Numbered from the stretch's first letter, positions 35,285 through 48,973 are shown. The stretch: 64,000 nucleotides of DNA from Phoronis australis (GCA_002633005.1 NMRA01000063.1:248001-312000), one strand, 5' to 3'. Program-made: numbers and translations. The notes: a model not told the origin generated them from the letters alone.

Positions 35285-36265
35285 GCGTTATGCACCCGCG
35301 CTGTGGAATGAGTATCCCAATTGACTGGTCGGCCAGTCGGGATACATCGGTGTCATTATCAGTTTGGCAGTGGCAAACCAATGTTTACTCAGTCCAGCTC
35401 TCTTATTGTCTGCTTCCATCTGAAAAGCTCAGGTAATCCATAATTATGTTGTAAACAGTGCGCCTGACGCTAACCGATATTTAAAAATACTATTTGCAAA
35501 CGATGTTCAACAAGTGTCGTGAAGCAGATGTGCTTTGCATGAAATATTTTGCCAAAAAACTTTGAATGGAGAAAAACGGTTGACTGTCAGAGAAATTAGA
35601 CTTAACTTTCACCTGTTGATTCCTTTGTGTGACTAAGCTCTGACCAGCTTAACCACAGTATTGTGTACCAACACAAAAGGCATGCAGGACAACTTTAATG
35701 GAGTGTGGTTTTAGATTAGATCATGATAGTGAAATTTTTTGTTTCTTACATTCCATGAGAGTGGTACATAATGTGATTGCTCATAACTTTACATTACTGA
35801 AGTAAGGATAGTCATGTAATGTGATAGCTGGTTATGCACCCACGCTGTGGAATGAGTATCCCAACTGCCTGGTCGGCCAGTTGGGATACAGTCTTGTTGT
35901 TATCTGTTTGACAGTGGCAAACCAATGTTTACATACTAGTCTGGCTTTCTTATTGTCAGCTTTCATTTGATGCTCACGTAATCCAGTAATTATGTTGTAA
36001 ACAGCTTGCCTGATGCTAACCGCTATTTAAAAATACTATTTGCTAATGACTTTCAACAAATGTCGTGAAGCAAATGTATTTTGTATGAAATACTTTCACC
36101 AAGAACTTTGAGTGGAGAAAAACAGTTGACTTTGAGAGAAATTAAGACCTAACTTTCACCTGGTTATTCCTTTGTGTGACTGTAAGCTCTGACCAGCTTA
36201 ACCACAGTATTATGTACCAACGAGTGTAATTCTAGATTAGATTGTGATGGTGAAAATTTCTTTTT
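35285..36265. repeat. Two tandem copies of a ~500-bp dispersed repeat (further copies 39715-40130 and inverted 56905-57015)
   Basis: Shared blocks CAGTGGCAAACCAATGTTTAC, GCTAACCGATATTTAAAAATACTATTTGC and AAGCTCTGACCAGCTTAACCACAGTATT. Confidence 0.8.
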
Positions 36266-37044
36266 ACATAAGCTTCAAAAGTTATCCCCTGGATAAGTTT
36301 GATTGTTGCATGACGTCAAGTGCATTGTTCAACAATCAAACTTATCCAGCAGATAACTTTTGAAGCTTTATGCAACTCAGCCCTGGAGAATGGTATGTAG
36401 TGTCATACAGAATCAGTACTTTCCATCACTGGAGTGAGGATAGTCAATGGTCACCCCCTGGATAGTGATGTTGGGATCATAAGGCTAAACAGTCCTGAGA
36501 GACTGTAACAGAAAACCACAGATCTTTTCGGCTGATTACATTTTATTGCCGGTGAAAGGGGTGGTTTGAAGATAAGAGGTGCCTGAAAAAATATGACTCG
36601 AGCATTTACATTTTCGCCCTTTTCAATGCCATGTAAAAGTTTAAGAATTTAATTCCCTATAAAAATCTGAACACAAACATTTTTTTCACTAATATCGATA
36701 AAGTTTTGGCTGATATCTTTCAAAAGCAGTCTGGCCAGCCTGGCAGAGTGGAGAAGTGTCTCAAAGATTACTACGTGGTAAAGCGGTTTCACTGTCAACA
36801 AAGAAAGATGTCAAAATTGCCTTACAGTTAACATTTTAAAACTAGTTCATGGTATACTATTGAGTAAACTTGTTCTAGTAAGTTTAGCAGTAAAATTGCA
36901 AATTTAATGAACGTGGTATAACCACAAGAACGTAACTGGCACAATATAGTGAGTAATTAGTCTTTCTAGTAGAGCAAGTGAAATTACAACTGAAATTGTG
37001 GCCATTTCAAAATGAAAGTGGGGGAAAAGTAAAGGGGGTAAATA

Positions 37045-38497
37045 CCGTATTCGCCATAATAACCGCCCATGCCCCTATAAGCCCCCCACGCGTTTTCAGA
37101 CTTTTTTGCTAAAATAAGCGCCCAGTCCATGAACGTGTATGTGCGAAAAATGCCTTACCTACAGTCCTAAAATTCTACAGTAACGTCTTCAATTTATCAA
37201 TAATATCCGATAGTCCTGAAAAAAATCGTGCGCAGAATTTGGAGACCACGAGCCTCGCCTCTGTGTCGGTATTTAGCCATGACTATACACTTCAAACTTC
37301 CGCCATGCCTCAAAACGAACACAAAAGTTCTGCTGATATTGCGAGGACCAGTGGTCTGGCCTTTCAGAACAGAAGTAGTGTACTTGTCTACCGGATTGCT
37401 TTGTAGATATTTCCCGCTTTCAACAGGAATCCAAATTTCTTTGAAGGCCTACACTTGAAAATCGCGAATCGAAGACTAATAAAAAGCTTGGCCAGTGTTA
37501 AAAGGAAGCGCACCCTACATACATGAACCTGTCATCAAAAACATTAGTCGGGAACTATCTATTCATGGAACTGGTAGCATAGCATCGGCATGAAATGAAT
37601 GTTGGCATTAATTTTTGACAGTTTCTAATACTGTAAAAATGTTTGCGTTATTTTTAAGATGAATTGTTTGATTAACCACAATTGGTGTTTTTAAGCCAAA
37701 TATCTAATAAAAGGACCATTCACAGTGAATGCTTACACACCCTTACACCGAAGAATAACTGTCAGATAGTCACGTATGTCGATCGTTTTTAGCACATGAG
37801 ACCAGCAAGTGCTGAATGAAAAACGCTCTGGTTTAGGCCTACTGCTTGTGCAAATTTCTTTAGATACAATGCACATCTAGCTCGTTACATTGCGTGGCTC
37901 CGTCCAAAAGATGGTGTCTGCTCTGGCAAATGAACTCTGGTGACATGCACTCGATCGCTTACTCAAAACGCAGACAACTTCAAAACAAACGTCACGTGAC
38001 AACAACATGTGTGTTTGTTTAGACATTTTTCTCATGTTGCCGATCATACATGTAGATGTCACGATGTAGCACAGATTTGTACTTAAACCTGCCGTGATCG
38101 CGACTCCACTGGAACTTAAAAATCTTAGGGACGCTACTTGGAAAACTTAAGGAGGATTTCAGGTAATTTATTTGAGTCAAAACTATTTTTATTTTTAGTT
38201 GCCATATCGACGATTGCGAGGCAGGCAGTCAGCGAGTTTTCGCCCTGGGATTTCAGCACAATTTTCTGTAAAATGATCGTAATTTGGCAGCAAAATTTGA
38301 TAGCAATGCACCACGGTTTTGTAGAAAGTCTTTCATAGATTACAGATACGTCACAGAGCGTAAATATGATGAATCTTAGCTTCCGATTTCACCCGTTTCG
38401 GAGACAGGGTTTCAACGGCCTTGGGTTATAATAAGCGCCCCCGCCCCCTGAAATGAACTTTTTTAAGTGCCCTGGGCGGTTATTACAGCGAATACGG
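37045..38497. mobile_element. Tc1/mariner-type non-autonomous element (TA|CCGTATTCGC..GCGAATACGG|TA)
   Basis: ~27-bp TIRs and TA TSD. An inverted fragment of its interior lies at ~57500-57760. Confidence 0.8.
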
Positions 38498-39156
38498 TAT
38501 TTGCTCTTTATTTTAATGTTGTCCATTGTGAACACAGCTCCGAAAATCGCGCACCATCGTTGCGCACAAGGCATTAGGACTTAAGGTCTCTCGAAACAAA
38601 TTGACATTTGGATGGTTTATAAGAGCATAATTCTTTATTTCTCCTGTGAGTCTGCACCAATGTAATAAATGAGAGTTGTTCTGCTTTCTGTATCAGCTGT
38701 AGGTATCATGATCTCTTTTATAATCCATAAGGTGTGACTGGACAAAGACTTCAAATTAGTGATAAGCCAGTGGAGCATGAGACCCCTGAGGTCCCTGTCA
38801 TGTTCTCACAGCAATATTCCACCTTATGATTCTGACAACACCAGTTGATATGAGGACAATGTCCCAGTCAAACAAAAGAGAGATTATCACTTTGCTATTC
38901 AAGGTCCCATGCTATTCAAGGCTCTGTGCATCCAAGGGAGAGAACAGTGGTTGTTTATGGTATTCCTGTAATGAACTATTGCAAGTTTTAAGCACAGTGC
39001 AACTTGCCATTACGAAGACATACGCTTTAGACCAAATATGTTGTTCAGTGTCCAGTTTGACCAAATAAGCGTTTTGTTAATATTTTTCTGAAAGTGTACA
39101 CTGAAATGTTTAACATCAAAATATTTTTGTGTAAATCATTGCCATGGATGCAGCTA

Positions 39157-39718
39157 GTGCAGGCTGAATGCATCAGTGACATTACACACCAGTGCTGTGC
39201 AGGCTCAATGCATCAGTGACGTTACGCACCAGTGCTGTGCAGGCTGAATGCATCAGTGACGTTACACACCAGCGCTGTGCAGGCTGAATGCATCAGTGAC
39301 GTTACACACCAGCGCTGTGCAGGCTGAATGCATCAGTGTCGTTACACACCAGCGCTGTGCAGGCTGAATGCATCAGTGACGTTACGCACCAGCGCTGTGC
39401 AGGCTGAATGCATCAGTGACGTTACGCACCAGCGCTGTGCAGGCTGAATGCATCAGTGACGTTACGCACCAGTGCTGTGCAGGCTGAATGCATCAGTGAC
39501 GTTACGCACCAGTGCTGTGCAGGCTTAATGCATCAGTGACGTTACACACCAATGCTGTGCAGGCTTAATGCATCAGTGACGTTACACACCAGCGCTGTGC
39601 AGGCTGAATGCATCAGTGACGTTACGCACCAGTGCTGTGCACGCTCAATGCATCAGTGACGTTACATACCAATGCTGTGTAGGCTGAATGCATCAGTGAC
39701 GTTACGCACCAGCGCTGT
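39157..39718. repeat. 40-bp minisatellite, 14 copies
   Basis: GTGCAGGCTGAATGCATCAGTGACGTTACACACCAGCGCT head to tail. Confidence 0.95.
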
Positions 39719-41089
39719 CATTGACAGTGGCAAACCAATGTTTACACAGTCTAGCTGTCTTATTTTGTGCTTTGGTCTGATAAGGTCACGTAATCCAGCA
39801 ATTATGTTGTAAACAGTGCCCCTGGGGCTAACCGATATTTAAAAATACTATTTGCAAACCACTTTCAACAAATGCGGTGAAGAAGATGTGTTTTGTATGA
39901 AATACTTTTACGAAAAAGCTTCGAATGGAAAAAAATTTCAGAGAAATTACACTTAACTTTCACCTGTTGATTCCTTTGTGTGACTATAAGCTCTGACCAG
40001 CTTAACCACAGTATTGTGTACCAACACAAAAGGCTTGCTGGACAAGTTTAATGGAGCGTGATTCTACACTAGATTGTCATAGTGGAAATTCCTTGATTTT
40101 TACACTCCAGCAGAGTGGTACATAATGAGGAATGTTTTTTGCTCAAGTCATTTGAACATGACAGCAAGGCTGTGGTTATTTAGTGGCTTCATCGCAAGGA
40201 ATTGTGTAAAAATAATATAAAATCCTGTAATTGACACTGAATTCATCGTCATCCTGTGATGCCAGCTCTTTCGCAACCAATTGCACCAGAACAGAAATTG
40301 CATAGGGACACAAGAAAATAAAATAAGTATAAAATCATGCTGAGCTTCCAAAACAAATAAGGAGGAGATATTGACACTAAAGACCCTTTCCTATACAGTT
40401 AACTTTGCTACTACCTTAGGTTCGATGTTAATTGTGGGTAACTGCGAAGTTAAGCGTTAGTGTTCCCATCACCTTCAGTGTTGATCAGTGAAGTTATCAC
40501 AAGCCGGCGCTAATAATGATGACCTTGCTGTTTTGGCAGTGCTTGTCATCAAAAATGGCAAGGACCCTCACTCTCCCCAGGTGGAAACTAGGATGTCAAC
40601 TTCACAAGGTAGCCAGCAGTTGCCATGTTGGACAATGACGATGTACTAGAAAATGACATATTAAAAAATTTGTCTCTTGAGCAGGCTAAGAGCTGATCCA
40701 AACGAAGGTGGTATGGCATTGTGGGAACTCGTTTTGCATACACTACACGTTCAGTGATTTCTTTAATGTATAGAATCCAGGAAATACATAGATAAATTAA
40801 TACAGAATGCTTATACTGCCAAAATAATAATTGTTAAACCAAAATATTAACAAATAGTACCCAGTGACCTATAACTTCGATGTTATGGAAGTTAAGTGTT
40901 AACTTTGTAGTGAAGCGTCGATGATTCCCTGTTAAGTCCGCCTCTTTACTTTGGAGTTAACTTGCGCTGTTAACTTCGATTCAAGACCGAAGTTAAGTGT
41001 TCCCATTGACGGAAGCTTTGGCAACACCGAATCTTTGGAGCCAGTGGGAAAGACACAAGATGAAGTGATAAGATTGGTATAGAAGAATA

Positions 41090-42803
41090 CTGTAAACGTT
41101 CGGGTTAATGCCCTGGGCGGTTAAATTGGCAAACTCAAAAATCGGGGGTGGGCAGTTAACCAGACATGGGCGCTTAAACGTGAAATTTCAAGAAATCCAG
41201 GGTGGGCGGTTAACTGAACATGGGCGCTTATTACGACACACAACCGCCCTGGGCGGTTAATCTTACCTCATGATCAGAGTATTACACGACACACGTACTC
41301 GGAACGCGCAGAACTACAAAGAGCTTTATCGTCAAGTCGCCAAATGCCGCTAAAAGTGTCATAACAGTGGACGATCCCAAGAAATGTTCTCTTGCCCACA
41401 GATTAGTCAATCGTAATTAAATTTAAAAAAATTGGTGAGTAATAGCCCTGTGCTGTCCTGCGATCTTATGGGAGCTGTAGTGCGCAGACGACCAGTAACA
41501 ATAACTTGGATTGCAACTATTCTCACGCGATGACAGTTTAGTGCAGATGCGAGCTTCACGTGTTGCAGAGGTGACAGCAGACATCAAATTTATGGTGCCT
41601 GCTGTCAAACTCCGAGTCAAAGACCAGTTTTAAAATGAATGATGTAATAAAAGTTTGGGATGTTTATGTTGGAGATTAGATTACATTAGATTAGACTCTG
41701 TGAGTCATTTTCAACATATGGTGCGGCTAGCTATTTTATCTCGACCGCGCGGTGTTGCCCACTTCCAATTGCATCAAACATGCCACGCAAAGAAGATGAG
41801 AATCGGGGGTAAGCGGACATGAGCCAGTGGTCAATCAAAAGTTACTGCAAAGGCATTACTCAAAAACAAGCATTTGCTTAAGATTTTATTTTAAAATTAC
41901 TAACATTATGACTGGGGATGAGTCTAGTGAGTGCGTACAGGAGAATCCGCGGAAAAAAATTACCAGTTTGTACACGTATCTGCATTGGTAAAAAATTGTA
42001 GATGTAGCCCCAATTCTTCGGGTAACCGGCATCCGTGGTTTGCGCGGCTATACGACTAAATTAGTGAAGAGCTTCAACCAGCAACGCGTCCTTTCCGAGT
42101 CAGTGTTTTGCAACCGAGACTCCGCGCTCGGCATAACGAACTGCAGGTCGCATTGGCGACATGAAATTTGGAAATGCGAGCCGAGATTATAGACATCTTG
42201 TACCTGCCACCGGGAAATTCCAACCTACGCGAGCCGTTTTTTTTGGGTAAAATAGATAGGCCTACCTGGCAAACATAAAGCAACTCGAAAACACATTTAT
42301 TTGATACGCAATATGTACAGATTCCTACGGCAATATCGCACTGCGGCACTGGTCGGTTACGCTGTTTGCACGCAATATGCCGTCAGTAGACTTGGAAATG
42401 CCGTCAAATAATTTAACAGCCTCTTTCAATATGGGTCTTATTTTATGTGACAAAAGACAGCGGCTGTATTCAGCACGCGCGTACATATGAGTCACCTGTC
42501 AATCACATAATATTATGTTGTTTTCAAGGTAACATGCCCTCCAGAGTGTGGGAACTTGCACGCGTGAGTACCACTTCAGAGATCACACATCAAAAGAGAA
42601 CAGCGACATCCCTACATACAGGAGTACACCGGCGTGACTTTGTACTTTTAAGCTGTTGTTACAAAAAAAAACGTGTTTCCAAGGACCCAAAACTACAATG
42701 TCAAGTCTGTTCCAATATTTCCCGGCTCGATGATCCCTGGACCCGATGTTCCATGCCCGTAGTTAAATGCGTGCACGTCATTACCTCTGCCGCCAATTTA
42801 CGG
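41090..42803 (+). mobile_element. Tc1/mariner-type non-autonomous element, family X copy 1 (deleted derivative)
   Basis: TA|CTGTAAACGTTCGGGTTAA start with subterminal GGGCG(G/C)TTAA repeats; ends TTTACGG|TA. Confidence 0.7.
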
Positions 42804-42819
42804 TAATTACACAGAACTA

Positions 42820-45800
42820 CCGTAAACGTTCGAGTTAATGCTCATGCTCAGTTAACTGCCCATCCCCTACTTTAGGTGGATTTTCGATTTAACCGCCCAT
42901 TGCTCGGTTTACCGCCCATCTGCGATTTTTTAAGATTTCCAGTTAAGCGCCCACCTCTCGGTTAAGCGCCCATCCCCGACTTTTAAAGATTGAAGATTTA
43001 GTGCTCAGTGCTACGCAAACGCGCGATTCCCCGAATTTTAGATCGATGATCACAACTAGAGTGCAACGACGGCCTCCGAGCCGGCGGTTTGGCAATGTGA
43101 ATTATAATACAAGTAACTAATTCTTGTCTTGGGTCATGGATTTACTTCAAAATATAATACTTGAACGTTTTGTCACTTTATTTTCTTCCCATGTTCGCAA
43201 AGTTTAAGAAACCCGCCGGCTTCTATGCCTCCGCTTTTACGGACGCGATCTGCCACGCTGAGTTTCTGTCTGCAGTGCACTAGATAAAACTTATATTCGA
43301 AAAAGATCGGGCCAGAGAAATGTGAGTCAGAATTAATATTGATTAAGTAATTAGTAAGAATAGATCCATTCTAAGTTGCCCAAAATTTGTACATATTTAC
43401 TTTTATATCATGGGGTCAGACTTGTTGACATGTATTTTAACGTCAAAATCTATTTTTAGATGGTGTTTACAACTTTGGGTTCTGGGGTCAAAGTACTCTA
43501 GAGATTCTAGAATATTCTGAGAACAAATTGTAACAGCCAATAATACGAGTGGATATGATCATGTGGTTTTTGTTAGCCAATCACTAAATAAGTAGAATGT
43601 TATATTATGGGCTGAAATCAACAAGATAATTAGATGCACTATAGTAGTTGAAGCATAAAGACTTGCTATGGTGTACAGAAGCAATTGTACGACAGAGCCA
43701 TCTCGTGGAAGGTTCTAGAAAGGATCTTGGCAAGGGCAAGGGTTAACGAACAGGAAGTTAACTAAGAGCTTGTCACTTGCATTGTGGGTAGTAAGATACT
43801 ACCTGAAGTGTTGCGTCGTCAGCCAGAGACTGTGACCAGCAAGAAGAATAGCGGGAAGAAGAAATTGCCTGCAAGTGTTGCATCACCAGAGACGGTGACC
43901 AGCAAGTACACTGTCGCTATACAGTGTGTGTAGTTCGAAGATTCACCAACAGGACAGACATCCAACAAGTGGAGAGTCCTAGCTCAGATAGCAGATAAGA
44001 CATTTGATCGTTTTGGTTGTTTGATTAAAGTAATCTTTAAAGAGGGCGCTAGCGTAGTTACTCTTTGTAGTTGATTACTTAATTTACAATAGGTTTCATT
44101 TGTCTAATAAGGGGTTATCATATAGTAAATTAATTACTGGATTTGATTATTCACTCTCCATCTACGCACAATCTGAAAGCATAGCTACCTTTTAAAGAAA
44201 CCCACAGTCAATCGTCTGACAATGTGACACTGGTTTTGCCAACTCTTCCAATTTGCTTTTGGTAGGAAGCTCTCGTATTTTGAAGAATTTCCATAACTCA
44301 CGGAAAGATTTCAAATTCTCCCTATTTTGATGAGTGGAATTACCAGGTTATCGAGGATGTGTAGCAACCAAACGGACAATGTACCCTGCTGGCCGTTTTG
44401 CTGTCTCTCGATTTCTGAATTCAAAGGTTGGCAATACGTTTCTAGATGTTTGTGTATCATCTTGAAGAAATAAAAAACTGCAAGTCAAATTTTGTTTTTC
44501 GCTTATTGCATCTCGGACAGACAGCGGTAATAACGTGCACGCAGATAGCTACGGGCATGGAACATCGGGTCCAGGGATCATGGAGCTGGGAAATATTGGA
44601 ACAGTCTTGACATCGTTGTTTTGGGTCATTGGACTGGAGGAATATCGTAAAACACTGGGTTTTTTGTAACAACAGCTTAAAAGTACAGTCGCGCCGGTGT
44701 ATTCCTTTACCGTTGTAGGGCTGTCGCTGTTTTCTTTTGATGTGCGATCTCTGAAGTGGTACGCTTGTAATTTCCCACACTCTGGAGTGCATGTTACCTT
44801 GACAACAACATGTGATTGACATGTGACTCATACGTACGCGCGTGCTGAATCCAGCTGCTGCCACATATAACAAGACCATATTGAAAGAGGCTGTTAAATT
44901 ACTTGACAGCATTTCCAAGTCTAGTGATGGCATATTGCGCGCAAACCGCGGGACCGACCAGTGCCGCAGTGCGATATTGCCGTAGGTGATAGTATAATAG
45001 GATAATCTGTACATATTGCGTGTAAAATAAATGTGTTTTTCGAGTTGCTTTATGTTTGCCAGGTAGGCCTACCAATTTTACCCCCCCCATAAAAACGGCT
45101 CGCGTAAGTTGGAATTTCCTGGTGGCAGGTACAAGACGTCTATAATCTCGGCTCGCATGTCCAAATTTCATGTCGCCAATGCGACCTGCAGTTCGTTATG
45201 CCGAGTGCGGAGTCTCGGTTGCATAACACTGACTCAGAAAGGTAGCGTTGCTGGTTGAAGCTCTTCACTAATTTAGTTGTATAGCCGCGCAAACTACGGA
45301 TGCTGGTTACCCAAAGAATTGGGCTACATCTACGAATTGTTTTTTACCGACACAGATATGTGTACGAACTGGTAATTTTTTCCTCGGACTCTACTGTACG
45401 CGCTCACTAGACTCATCCCCAGTCATAGTGTTACTAATTTTAAAATAAAATCTTAAGCAAATGCTTGTTTTTGAGTAATGCCATTGCGGTAACTTTTGCT
45501 TGACGACTGGCTCATGTCCGCTTACCCCCAATTCTCATCTTTGCGTGGCATGTTTCACGCAATTGGAAGTCGGCAACGCCGGGCGCTCGAGATAAAACAG
45601 CTAGCCGCAGAGCCATACGTTGAAAATGAGTCACAGAGTCTAATCTACTAATCTAATCTACCGGTAATCTAATCTCCAACATAAACATTCCAAAAATAAA
45701 AAACACATGAATTTGTTTTTCAAACTTTTATTACATCATTAATTTTAAAACTGGTCTTTGACTCGGAACTTAACAGCTAGCATCATAAATTTGATTTCTG

Positions 45801-46301
45801 CTGTGACCTCTGCAACATGTGAAGCTCGCACGCGTGCATTTCTCAAGTGTCATCTCGTGAGAATAGTTGCAATCCAAGTTATTGTTAGGCCTACTGGTCA
45901 TCTGCGCACTACAGCTCTAATAAGATCGCAGGATGGCACAGGGCTATTACTCACCAATTTTGTAAATTTAATTGTGATTGACTAATCTGTGGGCAACAGG
46001 ACATTTCTTGGGATCGTCCGCTGTTATGACACTTTTAGGGACATTTGGCGACTTGACGATAAAGCTCTTTCAGTGAAAAGTTCTACGCGTTCCGAGTACG
46101 TGTGTCATGTGGTACTCTGATCATGAGGTAAGATTATCCGCCCAGGGCGGTTGTCTGTCGTAATAAGCGCTCATGTTCAGTTAACCGCCCACCCTGGATT
46201 TCTTGAAATTTCACGTTTAAGCGCCCATGTCTGGTTAACCGCCCACCATGTTTTGGGTTTGCCAATTTAAATGCCCAGGGCATTAACCCGAACGTTTACG
46301 G
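42820..46301 (-). mobile_element. Family X copy 2 in opposite orientation, containing a solo LTR
   Basis: TA|CCGTAAACGTTCG ... CGAACGTTTACGG|TA. 44520-46301 is the reverse complement of 41090-42790. Confidence 0.85.
43325..44221. mobile_element. Probable solo LTR (~897 bp)
   Basis: Termini (A)GTCAGA..TCTGACA; duplicated ATGTG at 43320-43324 and 44222-44226; absent at the same site of copy 3 (~50400). Confidence 0.65.
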
Positions 46302-46958
46302 TAAATGCACAATAACACACAGCAGTGGCAAAGGTAGGCGCGAAAATGTAACAAGTTATAACAAAAGTTATTTCACAAGTTCTCAATAATAAACAGGTAA
46401 CTAGATTACAACAAAACCAAACCAATATAAACAAACAATGTAAAGGAACAAAAATGCAAACTACTATGATTACAAAATCTACTTGCGTTAACCACTATTT
46501 CATGTAAATTTTAAAGTAACTTCATGACTTTAGTAATAAACTTGAAAAGGAATTTTATTGAACAATCACATATCCACAAGTCAAGGAACCATGATGTACC
46601 CAGCAACAAACAACCCACACCATTAGTCAGTATCATCTTGTATCTATTACACACTTATCGAGAGTAACGTCCACACTTGTCAAGGATACGAATTTGAAAC
46701 AACTAGGAATAACATGCAATCAATTCCGTTATTCGTAAGTCACTTTTGAATATTATAATACTTGCACATATCTACTTTTTACAAATATTTCAGATTAGCT
46801 ATTTTTTTCTGAAAGTGCATGTTGTGAGAAACATGATGTTTAATCAGACTAATATGTGGAGTCTTACATTACAGTTTTTGTTTCCTGTAGCCCTAACTTT
46901 GTTTCATTTCCACGTTCATATGCTGTTAAACTGTAGGCTTACTTGGGGGTATTTATCA

Positions 46959-47893
46959 CAGTGGCGGATCTAGGATATCACAAGGGGGGGCCCAACATTT
47001 TGTCCGGCTGGAAGCATTTGCGCAAACTGAACCACGATTGTAGATGCGCATAGCACCGAATGGGGGGAGGCGCCCAGGAAATTTTTCTGTTTTTACCTCT
47101 AAAAATCAAGCATTTTCCTTGATTCCTGAAGTATTATCCAAGAAAAAAAAAGGCAAAAAAAACACGGAGAACGTGTCAAACAGGAAAAAAATGCAAGCGT
47201 CAAAGACTCGAACTCACGACCTAGCCAGTTGAGCACGCGTACGTTACCACTACACCACCACGATTTAACTACAACTCCTCTACTGAAAGACTTACTTGTT
47301 TATGGGCCACAGCGTTTGCGCACGTAACCAACTTCTTTTTGTAATGCTTATTACACGTTTTATATTTTGTGCCATCAATTCTTAACAAATTTTATGTATT
47401 TGAAATAGTCTTCAAATGCCCAAAAGACCAAATCCATTTTTCGTGTTGGCAATAATGACGGGATTGCTTTGGAAACCGTCTTAAGATAAGGTTTGACAAA
47501 GAGAGTATTGCGAGTTTCTGAGTGATTCACTAAGGCTTCGATTAAAATTCACATCTTACCAGCAGCTTCTGTTTTTTCATCGCCACTCAGGTTCCATTTT
47601 CTTTAAAAAATGAAGTAAATTGTCTTCAATGCACAGTGGAGCAGACGACGGAAACGGAGTCGTAGTGCACAGCGCCGCTGCCGGTCGCCTAGGATATCGC
47701 GGGAGATTCTATACTTAGCCATAGTTCCGTTACGAACGCGCCGTGTTCCGAATTTGACACTTGAAATTGGAGCCCCCCCGGGGTTAATTAATAAACTCAC
47801 CATTTCCCTACGCTCTTACTGTTTTATTTTTTTTGCGGCAGCCAAGGGGGGGGGGCCCGGGCCCCCTGGGCCCCCCCCCTAAATCCGCCTATG
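46959..47893. mobile_element. hAT-like MITE with 5-bp TSD TATCA (right part also present at ~27490-28054)
   Basis: CAGTGGCGGATCTAGG / CCTAAATCCGCCTATG ends; inserted into a 39-bp tandem repeat. Confidence 0.8.
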
Positions 47894-47896
47894 TAT

Positions 47897-48020
47897 CATG
47901 TGCTGTTAAACTGTAGGCTTACTTTGGGGTATGTACCATGTGCTGTTAAACTGTAGGTTTACTTTGGGGTACGTACCATGTGCTGTTAAACTGTAGGCTT
48001 ACTTTGGGGTACGTACCATG
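47897..48020. repeat. 39-bp tandem repeat (first unit at ~46917-46958, left of the MITE)
   Basis: CATGTGCTGTTAAACTGTAGGCTTACTTTGGGGTACGTAC-like units. Confidence 0.85.
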
Positions 48021-48100
48021 TAAATTCTGAGGACGATAGGCTAGTTTGTCTTTTTTAATTGTTTTTGAATTGACTTCAGTTTCCATTTTTGTCCTTTCAG

Positions 48101-48269
48101 TCCACAGTTATTAGACTTAGCTGTGGCGGCCCAGACTCCAGCAGCCCAGCAAGCCCTCATGGACATAGTCAAATTTGATGACTCGTACCAGACGGACCTG
48201 GCGGAGCGCTATCTTTTGGCTGTGGCATACTCTAGTCACCCAACTGAAGCACTGCTGGAGGACTTGCTG
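48101..48269 (+). CDS. MTTP: MTTP-like exon: PQLLDLAVAAQTPAAQQALMDIVKFDDSYQTDLAERYLLAVAYSSHPTEALLEDLL
   Basis: Acceptor CCTTTCAG, donor GTAGGC, 169 bp, phase 2/0. Strong match to PQLVDAVTSAQT...ERFLYACGFASHPNEELL. Confidence 0.95.
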
Positions 48270-48628
48270 GTAGGCTGCAGAATGCTTGATTTTGTCACAT
48301 TTTTTATAAAAATACTCTTACTGGGCTACAAATACTGTATTCTTGTCAGTGGTTTCAACACTATGCACTGAAGCTAAACTTGCATTTGTCTCTTTGTTTC
48401 TTGAAGCGACCACAAATTTATTTCATGGTTTGGTGAAATTTTGAAATTAGAAATACTTTAATTATTGTGTTACTTAACATTTGCATCATAAGGAATGTAC
48501 CATTGCTTTTGAGTCTCTTCCTCCTTCCGTACATTTTCATTTTCATAAAATATTTCTCAGATTCTTTGGCCTAACTATTTTATTTTTCTAATACTCTGAA
48601 AGTTAGATATACACTTATTTTATTCCAG

Positions 48629-48973
48629 GGTCTCTATGAAAAGAATTTGGGAATAGAATCCCTCCGAGCCTCTGTTAGCTTGGCGTTGGGCGCAGTGTTA
48701 CATACATACAACTTGCAGCAGGCAAAGCTGAAAGACTCGTTTAAAGACAATAAGACGATTGTTGAAAAAATTCAGAATTCATTGCTTAAGACTTTGAACT
48801 CCTGTGAGGACACATTGTGTAAAGTGGTAACCTTGCGGTCATTGGCCAATGCACGACTATCTGACATGTTGCCGATATTGATGAAATTTGCTGAGGAATC
48901 GGATGTTTACTCTGTCTCATCAGCAGCCCTGAAAGGTCTAAAAAATTTAGGAGAGAAGCATTATTCATCACAG
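48629..48973 (+). CDS. MTTP: MTTP-like exon: GLYEKNLGIESLRASVSLALGAV...LRSLANARL...HYSSQ
   Basis: Acceptor TTATTCCAG, donor GTCAGT, 345 bp, phase 0/0; encodes part of the alpha-helical domain. Confidence 0.92.

Noticed and set aside
36266-36385. Hairpin as a candidate structured ncRNA or pre-miRNA
   Set aside because: More simply explained as a truncated palindromic MITE; no other support.
39157-39718. CRISPR-like appearance of the 40-bp array (also the 31-bp array at 15217 and the 20-bp array at 53421)
   Set aside because: Units are head to tail with no unique spacers, there are no cas genes, and the context is a eukaryotic intron.
44457-45014. 185-aa ORF inside family X as a possible transposase
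   Set aside because: No DDE or HTH motifs, and the frame is not preserved in the sister copy at ~42300-42790.
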